Shown here: one piece after another, positions 1 through 10,424 of the stretch
How positions within the stretch are numbered: the stretch's first letter is position 1
How the letters are laid out: every line of letters starts with the position of its first letter
Assembly (NCBI GenBank): GCA_963827275.1
Contig: CAWHAA010000010.1
Location: 432,189-496,188 of the forward strand
Reading direction: 5' to 3'
Length of the DNA stretch: 64,000 nucleotides
Source of the DNA: an uncultured Spirochaetota bacterium
GTDB taxonomy: Bacteria; Spirochaetota; UBA4802; UBA5550
Program-made: the position numbers and the translations under genes
The notes under the pieces: model-generated
Seen by the model: the letters and a program-made list of their open reading frames with translations, nothing else
Databases searched by the model: none
Told to the model about the DNA's origin: nothing

Positions 1-913
1 CGACGTAGAGCGCGATCTCCCCGCCGAACAGCTGCCGGGAAAAGCCGTAGCCCAGGCATACCACCACGAGGATGACCGCTTCGCCCATGAGGATCCGCCG
101 CTCGCCGAGCCGGTCGATGGCCCTTCCCAGCAATGGATTGAAAAATATGCCAGCGACGCCGCCGATGGTAAGGAGCGTGGCGATCATCTCCGTCTTCTGG
201 TTGAATATCTTTATAAGCACCCAGGGCGCGAAGGTGAGAAAAATCTGCTTTCTTGTCCCGAACAGGATGTTGAGCCAGTAAAAAAGGCCGTATTCCTTCC
301 TCAGGGTAAAGCTGGCCCTGACGGGGCGGGCCTTCCCCGGCTTCATCATGAACAGCAGCAGCGCCGCGCCGAAATAGCCCGCCGCGGCCAACAGGAACGA
401 GAGGGTAAAATCGAAGCTGAAATACGCGAACCCGATGAAAATGACGAAGCTCCCGCTGATCGCGGCTATGTTCATGGCGCCGGTGAGCTGACCGAGCCGC
501 CTACCCGCCTTCCCTTCCCCGGCGAACTCCATGCCGAGGCTCTGGTTGAGCGGAAGATAGATGTGCTGGCCCATGCTGTATATCAGCAGCCAGGCGAGCA
601 TGATGGAGAAGGTCGGCGAGTACAGGCCGATGAGCGCAATGCCGATCGACGCGACGAGGTTGGCGAAGGCGGCGAGACGCCGCGAGCTCATGAAGAAAAA
701 GATGGCCGAGAAAAAAACGACAAGGAACCCCGGCACCTCCCTGGGCAGCTCGAGCATTCCCCGCTGGGAATCAGTGATGCTGAATACTTCATTGAGGTAG
801 TTGTTGAAGACGGAATTGATCGCGCTCTGGGAGAACCCGATGAGCACGATTGAAAGGATGAACAACTGGAAATCCCTGGGAAGGGCCCGAAACCGCTGAA
901 CGAGTCGTTTCAA
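1..913 (-). CDS. MFS transporter, runs off the window edge
   Basis: Not in the ORF track. Manual translation from TTG at 913 (GGAG upstream): MKRLVQRFRALPRDFQLFILSIVLIGFSQSAINSVFNNYLNE...LELPREVPGFL; multi-TM, with a ...AIDRLGERRI MFS-type loop. Confidence 0.8.
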   Translation of the reverse strand, partial: MKRLVQRFRALPRDFQLFILSIVLIGFSQSAINSVFNNYLNEVFSITDSQRGMLELPREVPGFLVVFFSAIFFFMSSRRLAAFANLVASIGIALIGLYSPTFSIMLAWLLIYSMGQHIYLPLNQSLGMEFAGEGKAGRRLGQLTGAMNIAAISGSFVIFIGFAYFSFDFTLSFLLAAAGYFGAALLLFMMKPGKARPVRASFTLRKEYGLFYWLNILFGTRKQIFLTFAPWVLIKIFNQKTEMIATLLTIGGVAGIFFNPLLGRAIDRLGERRILMGEAVILVVVCLGYGFSRQLFGGEIALYV

Positions 914-994
914 ACAGTTACATCTCCGGCGACGGTATGATCGCTGATTTGATCCGCTCCCCGCTTACCGCGTCAAGGATTTTTCATGCCCGGG

Positions 995-1420
995 TCAGTG
1001 AAATATGGAATACGCGATCCGGCTCAGGCTCGCCAGCAGCGTGTAGGCCGAAAAATCTTTCACCTTATGGCTGCCCTCCTCGACCTGCCGGATATACTTG
1101 TGCATGTTCGCCAGCTCGTTTTTGTCGAGCCAGTACGAGCCGCACGAGGGACAGCGGTCCATGACGATGTCGGAATAGTCGAGGAAATTGATCTTCAGCA
1201 TTAGAACGCCGGCGCATTCCTGGCACTTAATCGGCCTGTAACGGTCGTCTTCCGGCAGGGTATTGTACGAGCAGAGCTCCACGTCGCCGCCGCTTTCTTT
1301 GAGAAGGTTGTTGAGCTGGTGGCGGTGGAGCCACATGCCGCCGCACTCCCTGCAGACCTGAATATCCTCCCCTTCCCTGTTTTCTTTGACCAGGCCTTTC
1401 CTGCATCGCGGGCATATCAT
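995..1420 (-). CDS. Double zf-TFIIB-type zinc-ribbon protein
   Basis: CPRC...CRECGGMWL and CQEC...CPSCGSYWLD; GGGAGG SD before ATG at 1420. Confidence 0.8.
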   Translation of the reverse strand: MICPRCRKGLVKENREGEDIQVCRECGGMWLHRHQLNNLLKESGGDVELCSYNTLPEDDRYRPIKCQECAGVLMLKINFLDYSDIVMDRCPSCGSYWLDKNELANMHKYIRQVEEGSHKVKDFSAYTLLASLSRIAYSIFH

Positions 1421-1671
1421 AGCGCACCTCCCTGATGATCGATACCCCTTCCGGGGGGGCAAGTCCGGGAGCGAACGCCGGTGCCGAAAGAACCCGCTCC
1501 CGCATGAAATATACTCCCTTTTATCACCCGGCGTCAAGCCGCCCGGTGCGGATAGGGCAATAAAAAATCAACTTAATCAATGAAACAGTTGTAATTATTT
1601 AGATGATTTTTTTCGACAATGTAACCGGAACCCGGGTTCCGGGCTCTGTTATTCTGTCATTCTATTAAAGC

Positions 1672-3039
1672 GTGCCGAAATTGAAAAGGACATCCGCGCA
1701 ACATCCATCACAAGGCCATATCGCGTCATTCTCGGACACGGCGCGGACGCTTATACGCGAAAAGTCGTCCGGCGTGCGCTCAAACGCCGCCAAGACCGCC
1801 AAGTACCTGTTCATGAAAGTGACCCGGAACTTTTTCTTCAAGCTGTTCTTCGCCGGCTTCCTGTTCCTCTCGGTTTTTTCAACGGCGGTCTACTATTTCG
1901 AAAGCAGGCACGTGTTCTACCGCGAGGAAGGCGGCGCCATGGTCGAAGACGAAGCGGCATCGAGCAATATCCGGTCCATGAAAGACGCGGTATGGTGGGC
2001 TTTCGTCACGTCAACCACGGTCGGATACGGGGACTATTACCCGAAATCGGCGGCGGGACGTCTCATGGGGATCCTGCTGATGTTCTTCGGGGTCTCACTG
2101 GTCGGGGTCATCACTGGTAATATCGCTTCGGCGCTGGTGGAGAAGCAACTCAAGGAGGGTCGGGGCTTGAAAGAACTAAAGCTTAAAAACCACTTTATAC
2201 TGTGCGGGTGGAAGCGCGACATGGCAGACGTCCTCTACCATATTATGGAAAAGAACAAGGAGTTCCTGCCCTCCGACTTCGTGCTGATCAACACCGCCGG
2301 TCCGGAGGAGATCGAAAACCTGAAATCCGACGGCAGGTTCGCGCAGATCAACTACATCCACGGCGACTACATCGACGAACGGGTGCTGAAGAGGGCCAGG
2401 CTGAAAGACGCGGCGCGGGTGATCGTGTTCGCCGACCGCATGGTGCAGGGATCGGTGCAGGAGGTCGATTCGCGCACCGTCATGTGCATCATCACCATCA
2501 AGTCGATGTCCAAGACCATATACACCTGCGCCGAAATCCTTGACGAGAAGTTTGAGCGCTATCTCCGCTTCTCCAACTGCGATGAAATCATACTCACAAC
2601 CGAATACAACCGCTCGCTCATCGCCAATGCGTCCGCGGGAAGCGGAATTTCCCACGTGATCAGCGAGCTCCTGAACGTAAACGCGGATGTATGCATCTCA
2701 ACACACGAGATCCCGGCGCGGTTCATCAACAAGACGTACGGGGAACTCTTCGATTTTTACCTGTCACGCGACCGGACGATACTCATCGGCATCATGGAGA
2801 ACACCGGCAACTTCTTCACGAGGAAAACCGAGGCCATCCGGGAAGCCCAGAAGACCCCGGACATCTCCAAGCTCGTTGACAACCTGAAGGACGTGAAGCA
2901 ACTTGTCGCCAACATGCCGATAATAAATCCGTCGTCGGACTACGTCGTCACCCACCACAGCAAGGCGATCGTCATTGAAGGGCGCGCGAGCAAGCCCATG
3001 ATACAATCAAGGAAAGTGAGCAGCCATGCCGTTGTTTAA
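1672..3039 (+). CDS. 2-TM potassium channel with RCK (TrkA-N) domain
   Basis: WWAFVTSTTVGYGD selectivity filter; HFILCGW Rossmann start; start may be ATG 1813. Confidence 0.9.
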   Translation: MPKLKRTSAQHPSQGHIASFSDTARTLIREKSSGVRSNAAKTAKYLFMKVTRNFFFKLFFAGFLFLSVFSTAVYYFESRHVFYREEGGAMVEDEAASSNIRSMKDAVWWAFVTSTTVGYGDYYPKSAAGRLMGILLMFFGVSLVGVITGNIASALVEKQLKEGRGLKELKLKNHFILCGWKRDMADVLYHIMEKNKEFLPSDFVLINTAGPEEIENLKSDGRFAQINYIHGDYIDERVLKRARLKDAARVIVFADRMVQGSVQEVDSRTVMCIITIKSMSKTIYTCAEILDEKFERYLRFSNCDEIILTTEYNRSLIANASAGSGISHVISELLNVNADVCISTHEIPARFINKTYGELFDFYLSRDRTILIGIMENTGNFFTRKTEAIREAQKTPDISKLVDNLKDVKQLVANMPIINPSSDYVVTHHSKAIVIEGRASKPMIQSRKVSSHAVV

Positions 3040-3562
3040 GCGAATAAAAAAAACCCAGGAACTGCCCGACTCCACGCTTGAAAAGCTGAAGGAGGTGTCG
3101 TTCTTTTCAATGTTCGCAAAAGACATTGATATGATAAAAAAAATCGCGGGGCTGTGCGCACGCAGGTCCTACCGGAAGGGGAAGAAGATAATCCGCGAAG
3201 GTGATTTCGGCGACGAGCTCTTCATCGTGCTGAACGGCCAGATCGATATCATAAAAAAAACATTGCAGGATGAACAGTACACCGTGACCACCATGAACGC
3301 CGGGAAAGGCGCCGTCTATGTGGGGGAGATCGCCCTCATCGACAACGACCGGCGGTCAGCCTCGGTGTTCGCGAACACCGACTGCGACTGCCTGGTCATA
3401 CGCCGCGACGATTTCATCAAGTTCGGCGACGAAAACCCGAAGGCCGGCCTGGCCATCACGCGCGTCATCGCCCGGCGGCTCTGCGGCAACCTCCGTAAAT
3501 CCAACACCGATATCATTACGCTTTTTTCCGCGCTGGTGGAGGAGATCTCTTCTACCAGGTAG
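3026..3562 (+). CDS. Stand-alone cyclic-nucleotide-binding domain protein
   Basis: IIREGDFGDELFIV...GEIALIDNDRRSASV; no HTH; overlaps channel stop. Confidence 0.88.
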   Translation: MPLFKRIKKTQELPDSTLEKLKEVSFFSMFAKDIDMIKKIAGLCARRSYRKGKKIIREGDFGDELFIVLNGQIDIIKKTLQDEQYTVTTMNAGKGAVYVGEIALIDNDRRSASVFANTDCDCLVIRRDDFIKFGDENPKAGLAITRVIARRLCGNLRKSNTDIITLFSALVEEISSTR

Positions 3563-3580
3563 CCGGAGGGCGGCGCGCAG

Positions 3581-4885
3581 CTACTCCTGCAGCGAGTTTC
3601 CCGTTATCGCGGCATAGGCCGCCAGCACCGATTCATTCCCTATGTCACCGCCCGCCCCGGGCGCGGCGACGGAATCCCCCACCAGGAACAGGTTTTTAAC
3701 GCCGGGGACTAATGTCCCGGGCCGGTTATCGGCCGTCTGCGTGGTGTTCACCTGCGCCCCGTCCACCATCTTCAGGCTCGACTCCCGCATCCAGAGAACA
3801 TGCTGCTCGATGTCCGGGAAATACTTTTTGATGGCCGTCCAGAGCTCGTCCTTGCGCTGTATCCGGAGGGCGCCGTCGCGCACGTCTTCCATCGTCACCG
3901 GGTAGAGCATCGTCAGCACCTGCCCCCCTTCGGGCGCGAGCCCGTCGGCGAGGTTCGAGGTAAGCATGCCGTAGGTCATCGGGCTATAGGTGTAGAGGAG
4001 CCCGTCGTAGTCTGCGATCCGCCTGTCAAGCGCGATGTCGAAAAAAATCCCGGACGTCGGCACCAGCTGCTTGCACATCTTGACGTAGGTCGGGCTGAAG
4101 GAGGCCTCCGGCAGGATGGAAAAAAGCTCCTGTACCGGCAGGTTGATCACGACCCGGTCCGCGGCGACGCGCCTGCCCCCCGCAACAACCCCGACCGCCT
4201 TTCCGTTCTGTATGATGACCGATTCGACCGGGACGCCGCAGCGGATGGAGCCGGCGGTCTCTATCTCGCCGACGACGGCGGCATGCACGGGCTTCCAGCC
4301 CGTTGCCGGATATTCGGCCGAGTGGCCGGTGACGAACACCTTTTTCAGGTTCCTGAACATCTCACCCGCCGACGTTTTTTCGAAATAGGGGCATACCATG
4401 ACCGAGGCGCTCAGGAGCTCCAGGTATCTGCGCATGCCGCCGGTGATATTGTTCCTGATCATCCAGTCGCGCAGCGATACGTCCATCAACCCCTCATCGA
4501 GCGCCCCTTTTTTTATCCTGAGGAGCAGGCCGAAAAGCCTGAGCTTCTCATACAGCGTGAACATCGTGGTCGTAATGATCCCCAGCGGGCTCGTGGGGAA
4601 GAGGACCCTTCGCCCGTTTTTATCTATGAGGTACGACGCGCCGAGCTTCCTGAACGACACCTCCGCGCCGATCCGCTTCATGATCTTCGCGAGCGCGCTC
4701 TCGGGGCCGAACCTGGTCAGGTGCACCCCGTAATCCATTACGTAGCCCCCGCGCTCGTACAGGAACGCCCTCCCCCCCGGCACCCTGTTTTTCTCGAATA
4801 CCGTCACGGTCTCGCCATCATGGGCAAGCAGCGCTCCGAGGAGCAGCCCGTTGATGCCCGCACCCACTATGATTGTCCTGCCCAT
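3581..4885 (-). CDS. FAD-dependent oxidoreductase, phytoene desaturase-like
   Basis: GAGING dinucleotide motif, EK...PGGR, C-terminal NLFLVGDS. Confidence 0.82.
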   Translation of the reverse strand: MGRTIIVGAGINGLLLGALLAHDGETVTVFEKNRVPGGRAFLYERGGYVMDYGVHLTRFGPESALAKIMKRIGAEVSFRKLGASYLIDKNGRRVLFPTSPLGIITTTMFTLYEKLRLFGLLLRIKKGALDEGLMDVSLRDWMIRNNITGGMRRYLELLSASVMVCPYFEKTSAGEMFRNLKKVFVTGHSAEYPATGWKPVHAAVVGEIETAGSIRCGVPVESVIIQNGKAVGVVAGGRRVAADRVVINLPVQELFSILPEASFSPTYVKMCKQLVPTSGIFFDIALDRRIADYDGLLYTYSPMTYGMLTSNLADGLAPEGGQVLTMLYPVTMEDVRDGALRIQRKDELWTAIKKYFPDIEQHVLWMRESSLKMVDGAQVNTTQTADNRPGTLVPGVKNLFLVGDSVAAPGAGGDIGNESVLAAYAAITGNSLQE

Positions 4886-4906
4886 CAGGCACCTCCTTCC
4901 CCGCCG

Positions 4907-6493
4907 CTAGATGGCATATGCGCCGCCCCCGTCCCGTTTTTCGCCCGGTTTCAGCTCCGCCGCGCTGTACCTGACCGCCCCGCCCGAAACGACAAGGAGC
5001 GGCGACCGCACTGCGCCGATATCAGCGAGCGGATTGCCGCTCAGGACCGCGAGGTCCGCGCGCATCCCCTTCTGTAACGCGCCGATGGCGTCGGACAGGC
5101 CGAGAATGCCCGCGTTGTTGATGGTCGCGAAGCGGAGGATCTCGTCGTTCCTGAAGCCCGCCCGCGCCATCATTGCCATTTCGCGCACGAGGGACCCGTG
5201 GTAATGGAACGGCACGCCCGAATCCGTGCCGCAGCCGATCCGCACGCCCGCGTTCCTCATCCTGCGCAGGTTCGCCGCGCCGTGTACGAGGACGCCGAAG
5301 CATACCTCCGGGTCGGACATGAACTTACCCTGTTTCGGCATCTCGGCGCACCCCGGGTCCCGGAACCAGACCTTGGTTTCAAGGTTCAGAGCATGCAGGT
5401 CCGGATCGTAGCCGGCGGGAGCGCCCTCCGCCAGGTACTCGTCGCGCAGCGCGAGCTCTTTCTGAATAGAGGGGGTTGAATATTCGCGGGGGAGCACATC
5501 ATAGCGCTCCCTGAACGAGACCATCTGCCCGATCAACAGGGTCGGCACGATCGACACCTTTTTCCTGACCATGGTCATTATTTCCGCGTCGCTGACGGCC
5601 GCGTCGCTCGTGATATGCTCCATCGAATGCACCGGATAGTTCAGCGCCCGCTTCAGCCCGAAGTGCATAAGGCTGTGCACGGCCACGGGCAGGCCGTTCG
5701 ACTCAGCGAAATCAAAGATCGCCGCGAGGTCGTCATCGCTGTATTCGGGTATTTTTCCCCTGCCGCATATCAGCGAGCGGTCGTCCATGGTCAGCTTGAT
5801 GAACGAGGCGCCGTTCTCAACGTTCCGCCTCATCGTCTCCATCAGCTCTTTGCGGTTCCGGTAATAGGAATAAATTCTGCCGGTGATCGACTCGGTAATG
5901 GGCGCGAAGGCCGACAGCTCCGTCGGCTTGATGTCGGGGTGCCCCCCGTCTATGTTGGTGAAGGCGTTGCAGTACACCACCCCGGGTCCCGTCAGAGAGC
6001 CGCTTGCATAGTCTGATAGTAACGAGTGCATTAATTTCGGGAAGCACCCCATGTCGCGCACGGTGGTGACACCCGCGTTCACCTGCATCATGCCGTTCCG
6101 CTTGATCTGGTCCAGGTACTTCGTGGCATGCACTGTTTTAAAATAGCCGCACGACTGCAGCGTCAGGTGGCAGTGCGCGTCGATGAGGCCGGGGATCACA
6201 TGGCGCCCCCCCAGATTTATCGAGGTATGGACCCGGTCATCGCCGGGACGGTACGGCTCAATCGAACGAATCAGCCCCATCTCGAGGGTGATGGTCCTGT
6301 CGGGGAGGACGCGGCCGGCCGCGACATCGACCACGCTGCAGCGCGTGAGGAGCAGGGGCCTGGCGTAGTCGATCGCCGGCAGCCTGACTGCCGGTGAAGC
6401 AGCGCACCCGGAAACCGCCACACCGGCAAGTGAGGCCGCGGCAATCGCCGCTGACGACGTCTTCAGAAATTCACGCCTCGTGTACGGTTTCAT
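4907..6493 (-). CDS. Tat-exported amidohydrolase family protein
   Basis: TRREFLK twin-arginine signal; PGLIDAHCH; GTDSG; ADLAVL. Confidence 0.87.
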   Translation of the reverse strand: MKPYTRREFLKTSSAAIAAASLAGVAVSGCAASPAVRLPAIDYARPLLLTRCSVVDVAAGRVLPDRTITLEMGLIRSIEPYRPGDDRVHTSINLGGRHVIPGLIDAHCHLTLQSCGYFKTVHATKYLDQIKRNGMMQVNAGVTTVRDMGCFPKLMHSLLSDYASGSLTGPGVVYCNAFTNIDGGHPDIKPTELSAFAPITESITGRIYSYYRNRKELMETMRRNVENGASFIKLTMDDRSLICGRGKIPEYSDDDLAAIFDFAESNGLPVAVHSLMHFGLKRALNYPVHSMEHITSDAAVSDAEIMTMVRKKVSIVPTLLIGQMVSFRERYDVLPREYSTPSIQKELALRDEYLAEGAPAGYDPDLHALNLETKVWFRDPGCAEMPKQGKFMSDPEVCFGVLVHGAANLRRMRNAGVRIGCGTDSGVPFHYHGSLVREMAMMARAGFRNDEILRFATINNAGILGLSDAIGALQKGMRADLAVLSGNPLADIGAVRSPLLVVSGGAVRYSAAELKPGEKRDGGGAYAI

Positions 6494-6568
6494 GTCACTA
6501 AAGATCTCCATGTCTTGAATACCATGCCCGCCCGACGGACGGCGGACGTCTCCGGGGCACAACCGCGA

Positions 6569-7018
6569 TCAGGCCCGTTCATCCCTCACCTTTCGGTACA
6601 GGACGAGGATCAGCACGCCCAGGGGAAAATCCGAAAAAGGTATCAGGAGGTTTGCCAGCGTGTTCCAGCCGTTTTCGGGCCACAGGAACCCCGCGATGAA
6701 AAAGCCGGCCCCGAACAGCGATGAGGTGAACTTTGCCGCCGCCAGCGGCACCGCCATGCGGTAGTTGGCCCTCACGTCACTGTATATGAGGAGGGACAGG
6801 ACGATGATAGTGACCATCATCGAAACCGCGAGGGACACCCAGAATTTACCGGAATCGGCGGCGGGCGGCAGCGAGGGGAAAAGCGACGCCGACACGGCAT
6901 TCATCGCGGCAAGCATCGGTCCCGGCACGATGATGAACACCAGCACCGCTGCAATGAACACGAGCGCATAGACCAGGCCCGTGTATTTCAATATTCTTTC
7001 TTTTTGTGTCAGTTCCAT
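6569..7018 (-). CDS. Hypothetical 4-TM membrane protein
   Basis: Four hydrophobic segments; AAGGA before ATG 7018. Confidence 0.65.
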   Translation of the reverse strand: MELTQKERILKYTGLVYALVFIAAVLVFIIVPGPMLAAMNAVSASLFPSLPPAADSGKFWVSLAVSMMVTIIVLSLLIYSDVRANYRMAVPLAAAKFTSSLFGAGFFIAGFLWPENGWNTLANLLIPFSDFPLGVLILVLYRKVRDERA

Positions 7019-7268
7019 ATCCTTCTCTCCCGTTGATGCCAGTGGGATGCATTCATCAACCATACAATAAACCATTTGTCAACAAACAAATTCTCACCCT
7101 CGCCGTACCCGCCGGGAGCGTGATGCATGCCGCGTTACGCACCGGGGACACGCCCGGGAGAAAAAGATGTTGTAGCATTTGAGCGCACCGGGATAATTGG
7201 CAGGTGACAGGCGTCCTTCCCATCCCCCGGACGGACGCGGCGCACCATGAACAGAGGCCATCACCGAA

Positions 7269-7958
7269 ATGAAGCAAAAAAAGATAATGATTATAGCCGA
7301 TTCCGTATCCATGCCGCGGCCCGGCATACGGTACGAGGACACCTGGATATACCTCCTGAAAAAAGAATTCCCGCAGTATGATATTATGGACCGGACCGCC
7401 CGGGGAAGCACGTCCACGCGCCTCGTGACCGAAGGCGGCGGAGGCCTGGATCTCCTGGAAAGCTACATGCCGGACATCGTGATACTCCAGCAGGGCATGG
7501 TGGAATGCGTGCCGCGGCTCTTTGACAAAAGAAGCGCCGAATTCTATCTCGTGAGCAGGGTGATGCCGCCGCGGATCCGGCAGCGCTACATCGAATACGT
7601 GAAGAGGAACCGGGTGCGGAATCCGGAAGTCACGGAGGTTTCCCCGGAGCAGTTCAGGTCCAATATCACTAACTTTTTCACCCGCGCCGGGGCGATATCC
7701 GCCCGGTGCATTGTAATCCCCATCCTGCCCCCGACCGACCTGCACATGCGGAAAAGTCCCCACATAGCGCGCAACGTGGAACGCTATAACGCGATCTACC
7801 GTGAAACCGCGGAATTGTTCCCGGGCGTTACGATAGTCGACCCCTTCAGGAACAAAATCGACATAAACGAACTGTCCGTCGACGAAACGCACATCAACCC
7901 CAGGGGCCTGCGGATGATCTTCGACGGGCTCCTGCCCCTCCTCCGTTCCCTGCCATAA
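7269..7958 (+). CDS. SGNH/GDSL hydrolase
   Basis: IIADSVS block I; DETHIN (DxxH) block V. Confidence 0.8.
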   Translation: MKQKKIMIIADSVSMPRPGIRYEDTWIYLLKKEFPQYDIMDRTARGSTSTRLVTEGGGGLDLLESYMPDIVILQQGMVECVPRLFDKRSAEFYLVSRVMPPRIRQRYIEYVKRNRVRNPEVTEVSPEQFRSNITNFFTRAGAISARCIVIPILPPTDLHMRKSPHIARNVERYNAIYRETAELFPGVTIVDPFRNKIDINELSVDETHINPRGLRMIFDGLLPLLRSLP

Positions 7959-8083
7959 TTTCTTCGATTTTAAATCAGTAAATAAATTATTGATTTACTT
8001 TTATACTCGCAGTGTGTAAATTGACTCCAGTATTGCGGCCCCGCATGCGAGCGCTGCAAACAATATGGAGATCCGGGGACACC

Positions 8084-8872
8084 ATGAATCTCAGGAACAA
8101 GATCATCATCATCATCTCGCTCTGTCTCACCCTCTCGGTCGGAGCGGTCGTTATCATCAACAGGATATTCGACAAAACGGAGGAACAGCTCCTCCGCAAG
8201 TGCCAGATCGAGGCGCTCTTCGGCGCGAAGGTGATGAGCACAATGATGGAGATGCTGATCCATACCAACCAGCTCACCTATGAGCAGATCATGGACACCA
8301 ATTACGTCGAGATCCCGGGCACGGACCCGAAAAAATACACCACGCAATACGACGCGGTGTTCGACAAGACCATACAGAAAATCCAGGACGAGTTCCTCAA
8401 CGACGAGGATGTCGTGTTCGCCATCCTGTTCGACCGCAACGGCTACGTGCCGACGCATAACTCGAAGTATTCCCGGCCTCTGGGGAAGGACAGGAATATC
8501 AACCTGAATTACAGCCGTTCGAAAAGAAATTACGCGAATACGCCCGAAATTAAAGAAGTGCTGAAATACCGGGGCAACGGGACGGTCAAGTACCTCTACA
8601 CCCGCGACACCGGTGAGCCGATATGGAACATAGGGGCGCCGGTGCGGCTCCGCGGCGAGATCTGGGGCGCGTTCCTGATAGGCATATCCCCGCACCGGAT
8701 GGACATCATCAACAACCAGATGGTCATCATCACGGTCACCATCATGATCATCATTTTAAGCTTTACGCTTCTGATCCTGCTGGCGGTGATCCCGCAGAAA
8801 TACCTGCTGGCGCCGGTCAAATCGGAAGAGTCCCCGGGTACGGAACCCCCGCCCCCGCCTGACGCCCGGTAG
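8084..8872 (+). CDS. Chemoreceptor-type extracytoplasmic sensor domain between two TMs, no signalling domain
   Basis: IPGTDPKKYTTQYD...DRNGYVPTHN...YTRDTGE motif known from MCP sensor domains; short Pro-rich tail. Confidence 0.7.
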   Translation: MNLRNKIIIIISLCLTLSVGAVVIINRIFDKTEEQLLRKCQIEALFGAKVMSTMMEMLIHTNQLTYEQIMDTNYVEIPGTDPKKYTTQYDAVFDKTIQKIQDEFLNDEDVVFAILFDRNGYVPTHNSKYSRPLGKDRNINLNYSRSKRNYANTPEIKEVLKYRGNGTVKYLYTRDTGEPIWNIGAPVRLRGEIWGAFLIGISPHRMDIINNQMVIITVTIMIIILSFTLLILLAVIPQKYLLAPVKSEESPGTEPPPPPDAR

Positions 8873-8892
8873 GCGCGGACGCCTGACGCGGA

Positions 8893-9405
8893 TCAATCCA
8901 TCACCCTGAATACCTCCTCAAATGAATCCAGGACCCCGGCGTCAAAGAGGCCGAGCTTGGTGATGCCCGCATGGGTAAAGATGGCGAAGGTGCCCTTCGA
9001 CCGGGCGCAGAGCGTCCCGGCGTCGTCGTAGAGCATCCCTTCCAGGATCACCTCCCGCTCGCTGGTTTTCTCTATCACCCGCGCCTCGGCCACTATCGGC
9101 CGCTCCGTCCAGACCGGCCTGAGGAACTCCACGGTCATCGATTTTGTAAGGATATACCGGCGCAGGAGGCATATCGACGCCCAGCTCATGGCCTCGTCCA
9201 TCACCGTCGAGACGACCCCGCCATGGACGATATCATTCCACCCGCACAGGTGAGCGGGGACCGAAAGGCGCGAGAACACCGCCGAGCCGTCGGTATAAAA
9301 TTCCATTTTGAGGCCGTATGGATTCGCCGGTCCGCACCCGAAACAGGGATTGTTCTCGCGGTTCGGCAATTTTCTCATCTGTTCAATGCTCTTCATCGTA
9401 ATCAT
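8893..9405 (-). CDS. PaaI/hotdog-fold thioesterase
   Basis: CFGCG.NPYGL; HGGVVSTVMDEAM; start approximate. Confidence 0.87.
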   Translation of the reverse strand: MITMKSIEQMRKLPNRENNPCFGCGPANPYGLKMEFYTDGSAVFSRLSVPAHLCGWNDIVHGGVVSTVMDEAMSWASICLLRRYILTKSMTVEFLRPVWTERPIVAEARVIEKTSEREVILEGMLYDDAGTLCARSKGTFAIFTHAGITKLGLFDAGVLDSFEEVFRVMD

Positions 9406-9591
9406 GACACTACCCTTTTTGTATAGAACATGCATGTCCCGCTATTTTTTTAAAGGAGCATGCCGCGTCAAGGAACATTTTGATAAAACCGCCGGCCGCG
9501 ACATCGCATCGTATGAGCGATTTATTTGTTTGACATTTTTTTATACTGCGGGGACAAGATAGATAATAACAATCTTCCAAGGAGTCGCGCC

Positions 9592-10356
9592 ATGAGCACC
9601 ATCACCTATGGACTTGAAGGAAAAGTAGCCGTCGTTACCGGCGGCAGCCGCGGCATCGGGCTCGAGATAGCGAAAAAGCTCCTCGAGGAAAAGGCGCGGG
9701 TCGTGATATGCGGCAGGAAGCAGGAAAACCTGGATGCGGCAGCCGCGTCCCTGGGAAATCACGGCAACCTCATGACGGTCGCCGCCCACATCGCCAGGGA
9801 GGAGGACGTGGACGCCCTCTTCGACCGGGTGATGGAACGATGCGGCGGCCTTGACATCCTGATCAACAATGTCGGCATGAACCTGATGACGCCCTCCACG
9901 GCCGACGCCACGGCCGCCCAGTGGCAGAAGATCATCGAGACCAACCTGACGGGCACCTTTCTCTGCTCAAGGAAAGCGGCATCCATCATGAAGAAAGAGA
10001 AACGGGGGGCCATCGTGAACGTATCGTCGATAGCGGGACGGAAGGCCTCCCCCGGCATGGGGATCTACGGCATCGCCAAGGCGGGCGTGGAAATGATGAC
10101 CAGGGTGATGGCCGCCGAGCTCGCCTCCTTCAATATCCGGGTCAACGCGGTCGCTCCCGCGATGGTGCGCACGGAATTCAGCAAGCCATTCTGGTCGAAC
10201 AAGGACATCGCCGACCATGTCGTGCGGGGAATTCCGCTCGGGAGGATCGCCGAGCCGCTCGACGTGGTGCACCCCGTGCTCTTCCTCGCCTCGGACGCCT
10301 CCGGTTATATCACCGGCCAGACGCTGGTGGTGGACGGCGGCGCAACCGCCGTGTGA
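9592..10356 (+). CDS. SDR oxidoreductase
   Basis: TGGSRGIG, NNVG, YGIAK (YxxxK); AAGGAG SD. Confidence 0.92.
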   Translation: MSTITYGLEGKVAVVTGGSRGIGLEIAKKLLEEKARVVICGRKQENLDAAAASLGNHGNLMTVAAHIAREEDVDALFDRVMERCGGLDILINNVGMNLMTPSTADATAAQWQKIIETNLTGTFLCSRKAASIMKKEKRGAIVNVSSIAGRKASPGMGIYGIAKAGVEMMTRVMAAELASFNIRVNAVAPAMVRTEFSKPFWSNKDIADHVVRGIPLGRIAEPLDVVHPVLFLASDASGYITGQTLVVDGGATAV

Positions 10357-10424
10357 CGCAAAGACAGCGACGGCCGGGAGATCTTCCGGCCGTCGCGCGT
10401 ATTCCGTGGTATTTGTGCCCCGCT

